The position numbers and the translations under genes are program-made. From NCBI GenBank assembly GCA_000004985.1, contig GG738874.1: a stretch of DNA of 64,000 nt; one strand, 5' to 3'. Positions 31,848 to 43,329 of this stretch are shown in pieces. The notes under the pieces are model-generated. The model was not told the DNA's origin. It did no database searches and saw nothing but the letters and a program-made list of their open reading frames with translations. Numbering within the stretch: position 1 is the stretch's first letter; each line of letters opens with the position of its first letter. Source of the DNA: Naegleria gruberi (taxonomy: Eukaryota).

Positions 31848-34298
31848 TCAAATATTGACAATTGACGGATCCAATGGTGTATCACTTGCGATTGAAGGCA
31901 TGATAGATGTTGGAGTGCTCACCTGTTGATCGATTTGGATCGATTCATTCCATTCCTTGTAAGAAGAAGTCAACTTTAATCTGCCAAAGGTATCATTCAC
32001 ATTTCTAATGACGTCTGCAATAACAAAATCAAACTCCTTGATAAAATCTGGATTTTGGAATAGTTGAACAGTCCATTCTTCTTTTGTTTTTTGAATCCAC
32101 TTGGAAAAAATCTGTTTTGAACCATTAGAAACATTCACACAAAGAGGAGCTCCTTCAGTTATATAGGTTTCGAACAATTCACAACACAGTATCTCCCTCA
32201 CTCTCCCCAAATCTTCCTCCCTGACATATTCTCTCAGAATTGGTGTCTTTTCCTCGTCATTATGCTTACATTCGTATAAAGAAGAATACACCTTCTCAAC
32301 ATCTCCAATAAATGCAACATTCTCAATAGAAAACTCGTGCTTTGAAAATTGTCTCAACAATTCAAATCCATTTTCATCAATATACACCTGAGTAAACTCC
32401 TTCCCAAACAACTCAAAGATTGGTGAATCCATTCGTATATTACATCTCATTCGAATATTTGTTCCAGCATGAAACTCTTCCTTCTTTTGCCTTTTCAACT
32501 TGAAACTCTCTCGCAAAGTCATTACTGTTACAAATCCTCCACCAACACCAAAGATTTCCAAAAGCAAAGCCACGCACTCAATTGGTAAATTAAAAAATGG
32601 AGAAATGAAAAAGAAAGGTGAAGCCCTTTCGTCTATCAAATGTTCAATTCTACCAGTTTCTATTTGAGCAAAACCTCTCAGTATCATCATTATAATATAC
32701 AGAAAAGCAAACACAATTTGAATAACCATCTCAAATCGAAAGTATAACGGATCATTTTTAAAAAAGTATTGAATTAGTCCATTCTTTCGAATAAGCATTT
32801 TTCTATTGAAATACATGTCAATAAGGAGAGTGATTAAGGCAAACACTGTAGCGAATACTATTGAAATAACGGCTAACACCTGGGCTACTGTAATAAAAAC
32901 AGATAGATCTGCAACAAGTAAAAGTGGTGATAAAACTCCCAAAGCTGCGAGAGTTGTCAACAATATTGAAATCTTGACGAAGATTCTAAGTTTTGTCGAC
33001 TTGGACCACTTCAGGGATGTTTTGGTGTGATCATTATTTGTGGAAGTAATTGTGGAAGTAATTGTGGAAGGACTCGAGGTAGGAGAAACTATTTGAGAAT
33101 TCGAAAGGTTTCCAATATTTGAAAAATCCATCCTACTAAACCTTTTCACCAAACTCTCATCCATCACTTTCATATCTCGTATCGATTTTCTCTTAATATC
33201 ACAATAGACCTGATTATACACCTTCCTATTATAGAAAAAAAAAAGTGAATTTGTAAAAAATAGAATGAAAACTATTCCACAAATTATCACTGGTAGATAC
33301 AGAATCATTAAAATGTAATCTTCCCCGTTGAAATAATAATATAAATCCTTTGCTTCATTTGCTAAAATGTGAGCTACTACTATATATGGAACGAAATGTC
33401 TGGTTGACCTAGGTTTCGTATTATGGAAATAAATAGTGAATGGAGTAAGAATGAGTAAAACTAAAAATAAGATAATTGTCGTTAATAGACCTAGAATGTA
33501 ATGTGCAACAGTTGCAACTTTTTGTAAAGTCAATCTATTGTCAATTAGTTTATCAGATAAACTAAATTCTGACGAAACTTGAACGAATTCAGGTCCTTCT
33601 TGGTAAGACGAATCTAATGGAAACTTCATTTGCTTTCTATATTTGCCAACGAATGCATTAACTCTCAATTTGGAAGAATCCAAATCAACAAATTTACAAC
33701 CTGATTCCTTTTCCAAATTAGTTACTCCAAATAAATTGTTCAAATTGATTTGGAAATATAATTCAGTTCCATACAATCTTCGTGTACAATTATCTGCCCG
33801 ATAAACAAATTCGTCTTGTTTCGTATTTGATTCATAACTTGGATTCACTATTGAACCATTCACAAAATAGGTTGAATTAACAATAAATTCTTGATCCCTT
33901 AATAGAATTGACTCGCCACTAATATTCATCCTTGCATTCATCTCGAAACTATTCAACGAATCCAAATATTGATAAGCAATCATCCATCTATTCGAAATAT
34001 ACCATGTTCCATTAAATTGAAAATCCAGAGAAACTCCAAACATTGTCTTGTGTAATATATTTGCTGTAACAGCAATCAGTACCATTTGAATGTAATGAGT
34101 CGTTTCATTTTCCTTGGAATGAGACGAAACTAATCTCCATCGCCCAAAAACATTAGGTTTCATTGGAAAGTCATGATATTCAGCTAAATTTTCGTGACCT
34201 CCCCTGACTGACTGGCATTGGAGCCACAACATCATAAGCGTTAATATTCCAATTCGTGAAAGAGTGCCAAGTTTCCAATGCTTGTTTGTTATCTCCAT
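31848..34298 (-). CDS. seven-transmembrane RGS-domain protein (7TM-RGS) with a large N-terminal extracellular domain
   Basis: Signal peptide; about 270-aa ectodomain; seven hydrophobic helices; C-terminal RGS signature FELLRQFSKHEFSIENVAFIGDVEKVY. Confidence 0.7.
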   Translation of the reverse strand: MEITNKHWKLGTLSRIGILTLMMLWLQCQSVRGGHENLAEYHDFPMKPNVFGRWRLVSSHSKENETTHYIQMVLIAVTANILHKTMFGVSLDFQFNGTWYISNRWMIAYQYLDSLNSFEMNARMNISGESILLRDQEFIVNSTYFVNGSIVNPSYESNTKQDEFVYRADNCTRRLYGTELYFQINLNNLFGVTNLEKESGCKFVDLDSSKLRVNAFVGKYRKQMKFPLDSSYQEGPEFVQVSSEFSLSDKLIDNRLTLQKVATVAHYILGLLTTIILFLVLLILTPFTIYFHNTKPRSTRHFVPYIVVAHILANEAKDLYYYFNGEDYILMILYLPVIICGIVFILFFTNSLFFFYNRKVYNQVYCDIKRKSIRDMKVMDESLVKRFSRMDFSNIGNLSNSQIVSPTSSPSTITSTITSTNNDHTKTSLKWSKSTKLRIFVKISILLTTLAALGVLSPLLLVADLSVFITVAQVLAVISIVFATVFALITLLIDMYFNRKMLIRKNGLIQYFFKNDPLYFRFEMVIQIVFAFLYIIMMILRGFAQIETGRIEHLIDERASPFFFISPFFNLPIECVALLLEIFGVGGGFVTVMTLRESFKLKRQKKEEFHAGTNIRMRCNIRMDSPIFELFGKEFTQVYIDENGFELLRQFSKHEFSIENVAFIGDVEKVYSSLYECKHNDEEKTPILREYVREEDLGRVREILCCELFETYITEGAPLCVNVSNGSKQIFSKWIQKTKEEWTVQLFQNPDFIKEFDFVIADVIRNVNDTFGRLKLTSSYKEWNESIQIDQQVSTPTSIMPSIASDTPLDPSIVNI

Positions 34299-34591
34299 TT
34301 TTTTCTATTTCTTGTTTTTTTGAAATTGGAATAATGCAGTCACGTAACACATATGTTGTGTATTATCATTTGGTTACATCTTTGTCATTTATCTCCACTC
34401 ATGAATGGGTTTGTTTGGAGTTATGCAAGGTGTTGGTTGCATATTTGAAGAAAATCTCTGTAATAAAAATAGGAAATGAGCATTGCAGTAATTGAGAATA
34501 TCTCTTGACATAAATAAGAATTTTTAAACTTTATCTCAGAATATGGCAATAAAGTACAGAAACTCGGCTTTTTAAGGTTTATTTACAAAAT

Positions 34592-36481
34592 TTAATCGGT
34601 CACAACTGAACGAGGAGGGAGAGAAGGCCCATTAAATTCATAAAATACATCGGTCAATGTGATATTTTCAGCATTAATTTCTGCCATTCTAATGACCTTT
34701 GTATTAGTCTTGTTACAGACCATTTGGATTGGAATGTGAATCTTCATGGATGATTTCTTAGAGGCCTCAAAGTCCTTTGTACTGAATTCATATCCTGTAT
34801 CAGGAACACCTGCAACCAGAGGATACAGATATGGACAGAACATGTGTAAATCTGGCTTATCAGATGGAATGTTATGCTCAGAAGGAACATAGACTGTTGC
34901 CCTTTCATATTTGTGTTTCTTTTCCTCAATTCTCTTACTTAGCATGGTTGGCCTAGTGAGCACTGAAATTTGTTTGGAATTGTTGTGTCTTTGAGAAGTT
35001 ACACTCTTCTTCTTATTTGGTATTGGAGAAGCAGATGTGGAATTGTCATAATTTCTGATATGAGATGCTTCTGAAGCATTTTGCTTTGGATTTTGGTAGG
35101 AGAAGGAAGAGAAGTGTCTCTTAAGCTTTGAAGGATAAAAGACATCATAGCTCATCATGCCATCTGGGTTGAAATCTTCTTCGAGTGATTCACCCATTTC
35201 CATGGTATTTTCAACATAGATTGGCTCAGGGAGGTTTTGATTTACAGAGTGAGAGGAGGTAGCATGTGTTGGGAGAGACTTAGACCCCACACTTTCAACG
35301 TTGCGAGGGGTTGTACGAGAAACATAATTAGGAGCTTGTTCATAGTTTGACCCATTGATTGACAATAAACCTCTAGCCAAACGTCTAGCAGTTTTTTGTT
35401 CAGATTGTGGTGATTGTGAAGAGGAGGTAAAGGATGTCTTGGATGATGAATTATAGTTGAATGACCCAGTGAGGAAGGTGAAAATTGTAAAAACAAATAA
35501 AATTCCCAAAATTATTACTGCAGATCTCATGATAGTATTTCTCTTTCTATTATCAGGATTAGAATTATCTGTTGTAGACATGGTATAGCTAGAATAGACA
35601 ACAGCTAATTGAGATTGAAGATAGTGATTTTCATGAACTAGTTTTTCGTTTTGTTCTTTGAGTGATTTGATGGTAACTTGTGCCTCGTCGAGCTTTTTTT
35701 GAAGACCATGATTTTCATCTCTCAATGTTTCCAATTCCTTCTTTTTTCTGTCTCTGGAGACCTTGGCTGTATATCTATTTCTGAGTTTCTTCTTTTCTTC
35801 CTTTTGTTGTTCTGTCAAATCTTCTGCATTTTCCAAGGCGAGTAATCTTTTCATGTCTGCATCAATTTCCTCAGCATCTCTTTTTCTTGCATTATTAGCA
35901 TTCGATTTTTTTCTTGCCTTTTCCTCATCACTTTCAGAACCAGATGAAGTTTGCTTGGAAGTTTTACTGTCTGATGATACCTTCTTCTTCTTTCTAGCAG
36001 GTGCCTTCTTCTTGGTTGCTGTAGTGCCACTTGATTGTCCACTTGTTGATGATTGATCTGTTGTTGTTGTTTGTCCACCAGTAGGAGACAATGAATTACT
36101 ACTCACGGACCCTGTCATGAATTGTGTAGGTGAAGTATTGAATGCACCAAAGAATGCATTCGAGAACATGGATGGATGCATAGCATTCTGTAACACAGCT
36201 GGATAGTTATTGTTAAACATTACAGGAATAATAGGACCTGTTGTGGTTGGAAAGGTAACTGAAGGATTTTGATTATCTGCTGACATCGGATTATAAAAAT
36301 CAAATGTGCCCATGTCTGATGGCATGCCATAGAAAGCGTTTACATCTACCACTGTTGGCTGTTGTTGTTGTTGAATATCGGATGTTGTTTGTTGTTCATC
36401 CTCACCAAGAAGTGATGTAAAATCAAAATCTTCATCCCCTCCCGAGAGAAGTGTTTCATAATTGTCCATTGTAGATCTCAA
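34592..36481 (-). CDS. membrane-tethered bZIP transcription factor (ATF6/CREB3-like topology)
   Basis: Basic region NRYTAKVSRDRKKKE followed by a heptad Leu zipper, then one TM helix (IMRSAVIILGILFVFTIFTFLTG) and a roughly 300-aa S/N-rich C-terminal (luminal) domain; Q-rich N-terminus. Confidence 0.7.
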   Translation of the reverse strand: MRSTMDNYETLLSGGDEDFDFTSLLGEDEQQTTSDIQQQQQPTVVDVNAFYGMPSDMGTFDFYNPMSADNQNPSVTFPTTTGPIIPVMFNNNYPAVLQNAMHPSMFSNAFFGAFNTSPTQFMTGSVSSNSLSPTGGQTTTTDQSSTSGQSSGTTATKKKAPARKKKKVSSDSKTSKQTSSGSESDEEKARKKSNANNARKRDAEEIDADMKRLLALENAEDLTEQQKEEKKKLRNRYTAKVSRDRKKKELETLRDENHGLQKKLDEAQVTIKSLKEQNEKLVHENHYLQSQLAVVYSSYTMSTTDNSNPDNRKRNTIMRSAVIILGILFVFTIFTFLTGSFNYNSSSKTSFTSSSQSPQSEQKTARRLARGLLSINGSNYEQAPNYVSRTTPRNVESVGSKSLPTHATSSHSVNQNLPEPIYVENTMEMGESLEEDFNPDGMMSYDVFYPSKLKRHFSSFSYQNPKQNASEASHIRNYDNSTSASPIPNKKKSVTSQRHNNSKQISVLTRPTMLSKRIEEKKHKYERATVYVPSEHNIPSDKPDLHMFCPYLYPLVAGVPDTGYEFSTKDFEASKKSSMKIHIPIQMVCNKTNTKVIRMAEINAENITLTDVFYEFNGPSLPPRSVVTD

Positions 36482-36990
36482 ATAATAATTATTCTTCTAC
36501 AATTCTTTTCTTCACTAAATAGTGTTGCCGACTGGTACCACCACGCACAAATTATTGTAGTAGTAAAAATTTCAGAGAGAAGTCTCTGGGTGATGAAGAA
36601 AATTGGCCGTTAAGTAAATTTTTTTAAAGAAGAAATTGCTGAGGGTCATTTTTGATGAAGGCTTTGATACAACATGTTCCAGAGCGAAAATGGCTCACTA
36701 TTAGGTATGGTTGAACACGTGTTTTCTTCTTGCCAAGTCAATACACTATTTTTATAAATTGATATGGAAGAGGCTTGGAAGGAGGATTTTCAAGGAAGAG
36801 AGAATATACATTCTTTGAACGTTGCCAAACTATTGAAAAATACGTGTTTTTTTTGAAGGCTATTTGCCTTTTTGTAATATTGATTGTATTTAATATTTAA
36901 ATGTACAGAAATATATTGAAAGATTACAACATTGCCATAGATGGTTCTATTTAAAAAAATAACCAAATGGAAAATTGAGATTATTAAAAA

Positions 36991-37583
36991 ATGTCTGAAA
37001 ATCCAACATCGACTAAAACCTCGCGAGAAGAACACATTTTCAAATCGGAGGATGAAATCCAAACCAATTATTGGTTCATCATTGATGGCATGGTTGTCGA
37101 TTTTTCGGATTTTCTGTGGGGACATCCAGGTAAGAGTTTCATCATTATCATTTGATCCTATTATTTTGTCATAATCATCTTGATGCTGATGATGTGATTA
37201 TTGGAATATTTTAATGGTTACATTATTTTCCTTATTTATTATAATTTGTCAAAATGATGACGATTTGATTTAATTGTGATGATGATGATAATTGTTTGGG
37301 GTGATCTTTGGAAAATATCATGAAATTCATTTGTTGCTCCTCTCCATTTCATAATTCTTAATTGGATGTTGAAAAATTGTCCTTATAACTTTCTGTTATT
37401 GAACTTTGAAATGAATTACATTGTTATTGTAACTACAATTTAATATATTTAGGAGGACCTTCTTTTCTTAAGGAATGGAATAAAAAGGATGCCACTCAGA
37501 AATTTAAGTATTTTTCACACTCTGAAAGAGCTTGGGAAATGGCACGTGAGATGTCAATTGGAAGACTTGAAAAAAAGGAATAA
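36991..37583 (+). CDS. cytochrome b5-like heme-binding domain protein, join(36991..37129,37453..37583)
   Basis: ..YWFIIDGMVVDFSDFLWGHPGG|GPSFLKEW.KKDATQKF..HS..A has the b5 HPGG/DAT motifs; it is split by a 323-nt GTAAGA..TTTAG intron (phase 1); about 89 aa. Confidence 0.65.
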
Positions 37584-38068
37584 TTGGAATGCTCTTCATC
37601 ATTCGAATAAACTAGGATTAGTGACAACTATTTCAGTTTATTCCTTTTGACACTAAGGTGATGGCTATCGTTTTATTTGAAAAAGGCAATCATGAGAGGG
37701 ATGCAGACAGGATGCTTCATTCCATTACAAACAGAGAGAATCGTCCAGTGTGCTGTATCAGAAATGATTTAAGGTCGTTGCTGTTGTTGAGCTGTTAGAA
37801 GTCACCAATTTGGGTGATTGTAGCTATTGAAAATGATAAGTTATTGTTCAGTTAAGCGAATACCCTAATGCACTATCCATAGACGAAAGTGTTGCCTCCA
37901 TTCTAGTGCAATATTTTGAAAAGATATCAAAGTTTGAAAGACAAGTGACCACTCACTTTAATGAATCTTTAAAGTGATGTTTCACCATGTTGTGGATACC
38001 CTACCGAAATACAAGATAGAAACCATGTGTCAGCATCAACACTTTAAAAACCTTAAAAAAACAAAAAG

Positions 38069-39124
38069 ATGAATCCTGCTTTCGTTTCCTTTCGAACACA
38101 ACCAAAATTTGGTCAGACATTAATTCCCATTGAGATTCGTTGTGGATTCTCCCAGCTAGTCACGATTTTGAATTATAATCCACATGAGCCACAAACTGTT
38201 TCGACATGTGTTGCATGTGTTTCGAATAGTACTCAAGAAGTAACAAACTCTTACAAGCAACATTCGCATGCGAATTACCTCAATACCACATGTTACAATT
38301 CCATTCCACAATTTGCTGTCCAACATGGGAAGGAACAATGTCTTTCGAAACGAAACGAAACTAATCTTTATCCACCTTCTCTTCACTATGAATGTGATAA
38401 ACTCTATCAACGTTACCTTGAAACAACCCAATGTAAATCCAAACCGCCACCAATTGACAATTTCATTGAGGATTCTTCAAAAAACGAGTCCACCAAATCA
38501 GTTGACAACCCTTTCAGTTTAGAGTTGGATTGTGAAGAGCTGTTCGCTTTTTGTAATGCCAATGGGCACGTTTCTAATTGTGATGTGGGCATGTCTCAAA
38601 ATGAAACTGATGGGGAGCCATCGTTTCGACCATTTTCAGATACAGATTCTAATAACATGTTTTCATTTTCACCTCATACAATTGTACAACTAACAACAGA
38701 AACTAATGATTCAGATGCAATTCCATCAGAAATAACAACTAGTGTTGGAACAATCCTAACAAAACATTCTTCCAACCGTGTTTCGAATAAGAAAAAGAAT
38801 AAGAGAAAACGACCATTGAGTGCTCAAAGTCTAAAATTGAACAAGAAGGTGAAACCTAGCTCTACATTGAACTCGAGTCAAATTACTTGGCATCACGTGA
38901 GTATTGACTCCAAGATGAATCAACAAGAGAATACTTTCGTATACGAGAATTCGTTTAACATGTTCGAAACTTTCTCACCAGCAAATAATCCTTCACCAAT
39001 TACTACACCATCCAACTCAGCTAATACATCACAAGAGTTTTCTTCAATAATCATTGAAACACCAGAAAGTATTTCAAAGAAAATGAAAAGAGGAAGACCA
39101 AGGAAAGATTTTCAAATTGAATAG
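38069..39124 (+). CDS. hypothetical nuclear protein with a C-terminal AT-hook (KRGRPRK)
   Basis: 351-aa ORF, Cys-rich N-terminal part, S/N/T-rich middle, GRP AT-hook core at the C-terminus. Confidence 0.5.
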   Translation: MNPAFVSFRTQPKFGQTLIPIEIRCGFSQLVTILNYNPHEPQTVSTCVACVSNSTQEVTNSYKQHSHANYLNTTCYNSIPQFAVQHGKEQCLSKRNETNLYPPSLHYECDKLYQRYLETTQCKSKPPPIDNFIEDSSKNESTKSVDNPFSLELDCEELFAFCNANGHVSNCDVGMSQNETDGEPSFRPFSDTDSNNMFSFSPHTIVQLTTETNDSDAIPSEITTSVGTILTKHSSNRVSNKKKNKRKRPLSAQSLKLNKKVKPSSTLNSSQITWHHVSIDSKMNQQENTFVYENSFNMFETFSPANNPSPITTPSNSANTSQEFSSIIIETPESISKKMKRGRPRKDFQIE

Positions 39125-39262
39125 ACTAAACTATTCTTTACAATTCATCTCAATAACAACATTAATGTTATTGCAACGCTTTGCACAAAGTTCAATAAAT
39201 GCAAAACGACCATAATCCAAATAGATGCATCAAATGTCATCAGACGATAATCACATCAAAAA

Positions 39263-39600
39263 ATGAGTTCAAGCGCCAACAATCACCCAGCCGTTGGTCT
39301 TTTCTTTTCTTCCTTCCTCTCCCTCTTTATCTTCTTGTAAGTAATTCTGCCACCTTTCATGCCAACCATCAACATAGAATGATGGGCGGATTTATTGTTC
39401 TCTTCATCTTTAACGTTACCAAGTGGATGGCGAATAAGAAAAATCTCGGAGGAGTTACTCAGTACCCTGATGAATATTTGAATTGGTTCTTATTTGGAGC
39501 AGTTGCTGTGTTTTTCTGTTGGGGTGCTTCGTGTATTGTTGTTTATAAGAATTTGAGATCGTGTATTACTTTTATGAGACTTGAAAAAGTCAGTGCCTAA
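39263..39600 (+). CDS. small hydrophobic membrane protein (about 98 aa), tentative 2-exon model join(39263..39336,39378..39600)
   Basis: ATG 39263 with an aaaaATG context; GTAAGT donor at 39337, CATAG acceptor at 39376-77 (phase 2), joining to the listed ORF frame; the product has 2–3 TM helices; no homology recognised. Confidence 0.3.
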
Positions 39601-39903
39601 AGTGTTTAGTTGGAATGAAACGAAACACATAAATTTTCTACTACCTATTGTTGATGTAAAATATATTGAATTGATTAAATGAATAATTCCTTTATTGTAA
39701 TAATCTGAAGTAAACTATTTAGTAATTATTATTGAATCAATCCATAACTGTTCTATAGAATAATTTTTATGTGAATTTTTTAAAATTTATTTCAAAAATT
39801 GAAATTGTGAATGAAATACAGAGGTTTTTGGTGATAGAAACAATAAGTCTGTATTTCCTTTGTGGTGTGAGTGTGAAATCGTCCTCTTCATATATAAACA
39901 AAA

Positions 39904-40691
39904 TTACTTCTTCATTCCTTCAATTCTCTTCTTGAAAGCAGTCATGGTTCTTGGAAGACCAGTTCCAACCAAAAAGTCTCTCAAAATTCCAGGAACCCAA
40001 ATGTTCAATTCAATATTTACAGAATATGTGGCTTCAACGTTACCATTACCCAAATCGACCAATGTCCAACAACCTCTATTCTTGGCAAATGGACCATGAT
40101 CAGTTTCAACCCATGAAAATCCGTTATCACCATCGACTCTAAGTCTGAGAGTATATTCAGTGTTGATAATACCACCAACTGAAGCCTTCCAGAAAACATC
40201 AAAGGTTCCGTCTTCATTATCCTTGGTCTTTCTAGCTTCCACACATCCTTCAATGCTAAATATTGTCAATAATGTAATAATTAGATTTTGATTATTATTA
40301 TAATTTTACACGAGTCATCACATTGTTAAATAATATTATTAATATTAATAATTAACGAAAATTGTCCGGTTATTCATCACCAAGAAATATAATTAATAAT
40401 AATAACAACAAATATAATATGTTAAGAATATAATGTTATGAATCATCATCATCAACACCAAAATAACAAAGTAAACAACCCACACTTCAACAATCAAAAC
40501 ACTTACAATTCAGTATACTTTTCACAATTAGAAATAACATCCAAACATTCCTTAACGGTAACTCCTTCAAAAACAATCTTTTCAGTGGCACCTCCACCCA
40601 AACCGCTGCTTTCCTTCTTTTCTTCCTTTCCTCCCCAGATCCAATTCAACATTTTTTTTAGATTCTCAAATAAATCTACTTGGTGGCGCAT
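39904..40691 (-). CDS. SRPBCC (Bet v1/START/polyketide-cyclase-like) fold protein, complement(join(39904..40255,40507..40691))
   Basis: Exon 1 MRHQVDLFENLKKML..CEKYTEL is joined (GTAAGT..TTTAG, 251-nt intron, phase 2) to ..IEGCVEARKTKDNEDGTFDVFWKASVGG..TEYTLRLRVD..; the β-grip pattern is typical of the SRPBCC/COQ10-like family. Confidence 0.5.
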
Positions 40692-41165
40692 TTATCGTTG
40701 TTTGGAAAAAAGCTAATAGAGCGCATTGTGGATTTTTGCATGGAGCTCTTGGCAAATGTTGTTTTGTGCGCGTTACAACGGAGGACTTTGATGATAAGCG
40801 ATGATGTAAGTGTTACCAACAGCTTTTTGAGAGAAGTTTGTTGAAGTGGGTTGTTGGTTGACTAGTAAGGGAGATAGGTAAGTTCTATTTTGAGAATTGC
40901 TTTGGAAGGATTTTAGGAAGTGAAATGAACAGATTGAAGGTTTCGAAAAAAGGTGATGAATTGGAAAGTATTGATATTCGAATGTAAAGTGTTCCTTAAT
41001 TGATCTCTTTTGAAATAAATTCAAATCATCAATAATTCCAATTATAGATATTTCTATAAAATATTTTGTCCAGTTAAGATTTTGGAATACTATAGTATTA
41101 ATAATAAATAAATTTGTATATTATTGATATAATTTCCTAGATTTCTTATTTTCTTAGGTTTCTAC

Positions 41166-43002
41166 TTATCTTCTATTGTTGTTGGAATAGTATTTCTTAT
41201 TGTTTGAATTCTTCTTATTCTTATTATTATTACGATCCTTCGAGTAGCTTCTTTGAGAGTATTCCTCTTCCTCATCTTCATGATAGTGACGATTATTGTC
41301 ATTATATCTTTTATCATATCTATCATCGTCTTGATATCTATCATTATCTTGATATCTTCTATTATTGGATTTGTAATTGTAGTTATTATTATTTCTATTA
41401 TTCCTGCTATTACTATTATTATTGTAATCTCTATCTTGTTGTGATTGACTATAATTATTAGATCCCTTATATTTCTTATTCTTTTTAAATTTCTTCGAGG
41501 AATTTTGAGAGACATTCACATGAATATATTCATCCTCAGAGGCACTATTAGCTTGATCAAGCTTTCTCTTCTTTCCACCTTCCTTATGTTCTTTCAGCTT
41601 GGTAAATACCTTATTGAGCTGTTCCTTTCTACCTGAATAATCTGCTGGAAGGGCACCTCCATAGAGAAATTCATCACTCACCTTGCCAATATCCTTGGAA
41701 TGAACTTTGTTTTCTGGAGTGGCACACTTGTATGATTCCAATTCATGTGAGGTTAATTTTCTCCTTGTTCGTTCAGAGAGTTTTATGGCCATATCTCCCA
41801 TATCTAGAGCATTGTTCCAAGCAGTATTTCTATCACGAGATCTCGTATGTCTTGGGTCGATTGATTCGTAAAATCTTGAATCATTCGATTTGAAACTTTC
41901 CTTATTAAGCTCAATTTGGTCATAGTCAATTGGGAGAGTGCAATCACGAATAATGTGACCAACACCTAGGCAATTATAGCAAATCTTGTTAGAGTTTGGT
42001 GGTTTGTCCTCAATTTTAGGTTTTTCTACATCAATTTTTAAAGTTTTCAAATAGTTGGCATCGAAATTAATCTTCTCGGTGGCAAAGAGAGGATTGGCCT
42101 CTATAATACCAGAGCATAGCGTTACATTTTCCCTTTTTCTTCCCTTCTTTGAATGATTAATATATTCTTCATCTAATAATTTTTGAATCTTGTCAATTAA
42201 ATTGTGCGAAACATTTGTGAAAGATATTGAAATAGTTGATTCCTTTTCAGAGCTAGAGCTAGTATTTTCCGAAGCAGAGTTTTTTCTAAATGTTCTAATA
42301 GGTGCTTTTTCTGCACTTGGTGTAATTGCTAGTGTTGGTGTCTTGTTTGCCAACAAGTTGACCATTTCCGTTGTTGCAGAGAATGATGATGGTTGTTCTT
42401 CCTCTTCTCCTTCTTCTTCTAAATTTACTGTACAAGTTGAAATTGTTTTATCGGGAATAATACTTGGTTGAACAGATTCCTCTTCCTCCTCCTCTTCTTC
42501 TTCATCACTCTCAAACCCAGTATCTTCCTGTTGACTCTGTGAATCATCAATCATAATCACATCCTCTACTATCGATTCTTCCAAATCTTGTCTTGTTGGT
42601 GATTCCTTTTCCACATTATTTTCTTCCACTCGATCATTTCCATCATTATTGTTATTATGATTATTAATTTCTTTTTCCTCCTCATTATTATTATCACGAT
42701 CACTGATGATGATTATTATTATTACTAACAACAAGAGCACTAATTGGTGTTATCAAGTCCTCCTCCTCATCATCAATATTAATCAGTGATTGAGTTTTCT
42801 CCACTTGTATCGGAACTTCCTTATCATTTACACCATCATCATCATCATCAAATATATTACTATTTAATTGTAGTGATAAATTGTCTCCAATGGTTGGCAC
42901 TGTCGATGATGGTGTTGCACAGGCACTCATTTGTGAATCAAGAACTTCTACCACCTCAGGAATACTATCCGAAATGATAATTGCATGTTGTTGATCTGTC
43001 AT
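41166..43002 (-). CDS. acidic CCHC zinc-knuckle protein with an Asn/Arg-rich tail; two ORFs joined by an apparent +1 frameshift near 42700-42740
   Basis: The upstream ORF (ATG 43002, aaaaaaaaATG context) ends at 42700 and overlaps the main ORF, which has no in-frame ATG until far downstream; single CYNCLGVGHIIRDC knuckle; E/D-rich blocks; NNNR tail. Confidence 0.5.
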
Positions 43003-43329
43003 TTTTTTTTCAAATTAAATTTAATATATTTACATAATTAAATTCTTACAATTAATTTCAATTCCAATATCAAATTAATTCTTTACAAAATTAGAATATT
43101 TCTATTAGAATGTGAACCACAACCGAATTCAAATCACATGATTCTCAATTCTCTCACCGTTTCAAATATGGAAAATGTTCATAAAATTGCTTGTCGAAAA
43201 ACAAAAAAACACTTTGAAAACTTCCATCAAACGAACTTTCTAATACTCTACAAAATTATTCGAATTTAACTTCTTCCAATTCCTCTTCTTTCTGCTTCTT
43301 TCGAAAAACAAAAAACTAAAAAAAAAAAT

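Noticed and set aside
36790-37174. ORFs 36790..37125 (-) and 36941..37174 (+)
   Set aside because: They overlap the cytochrome b5 gene's first exon and intron in other frames. The b5 model (HPGG motif, clean splice) explains the region.
42700-42740. A 27-nt GTTAGT..CAG 'intron' to reconcile the two CCHC-gene ORFs
   Set aside because: It is far below the minimum length for spliceosomal introns (other introns here are 42 nt or more), and it lies in an AAT/CAT microsatellite where an indel is more parsimonious.
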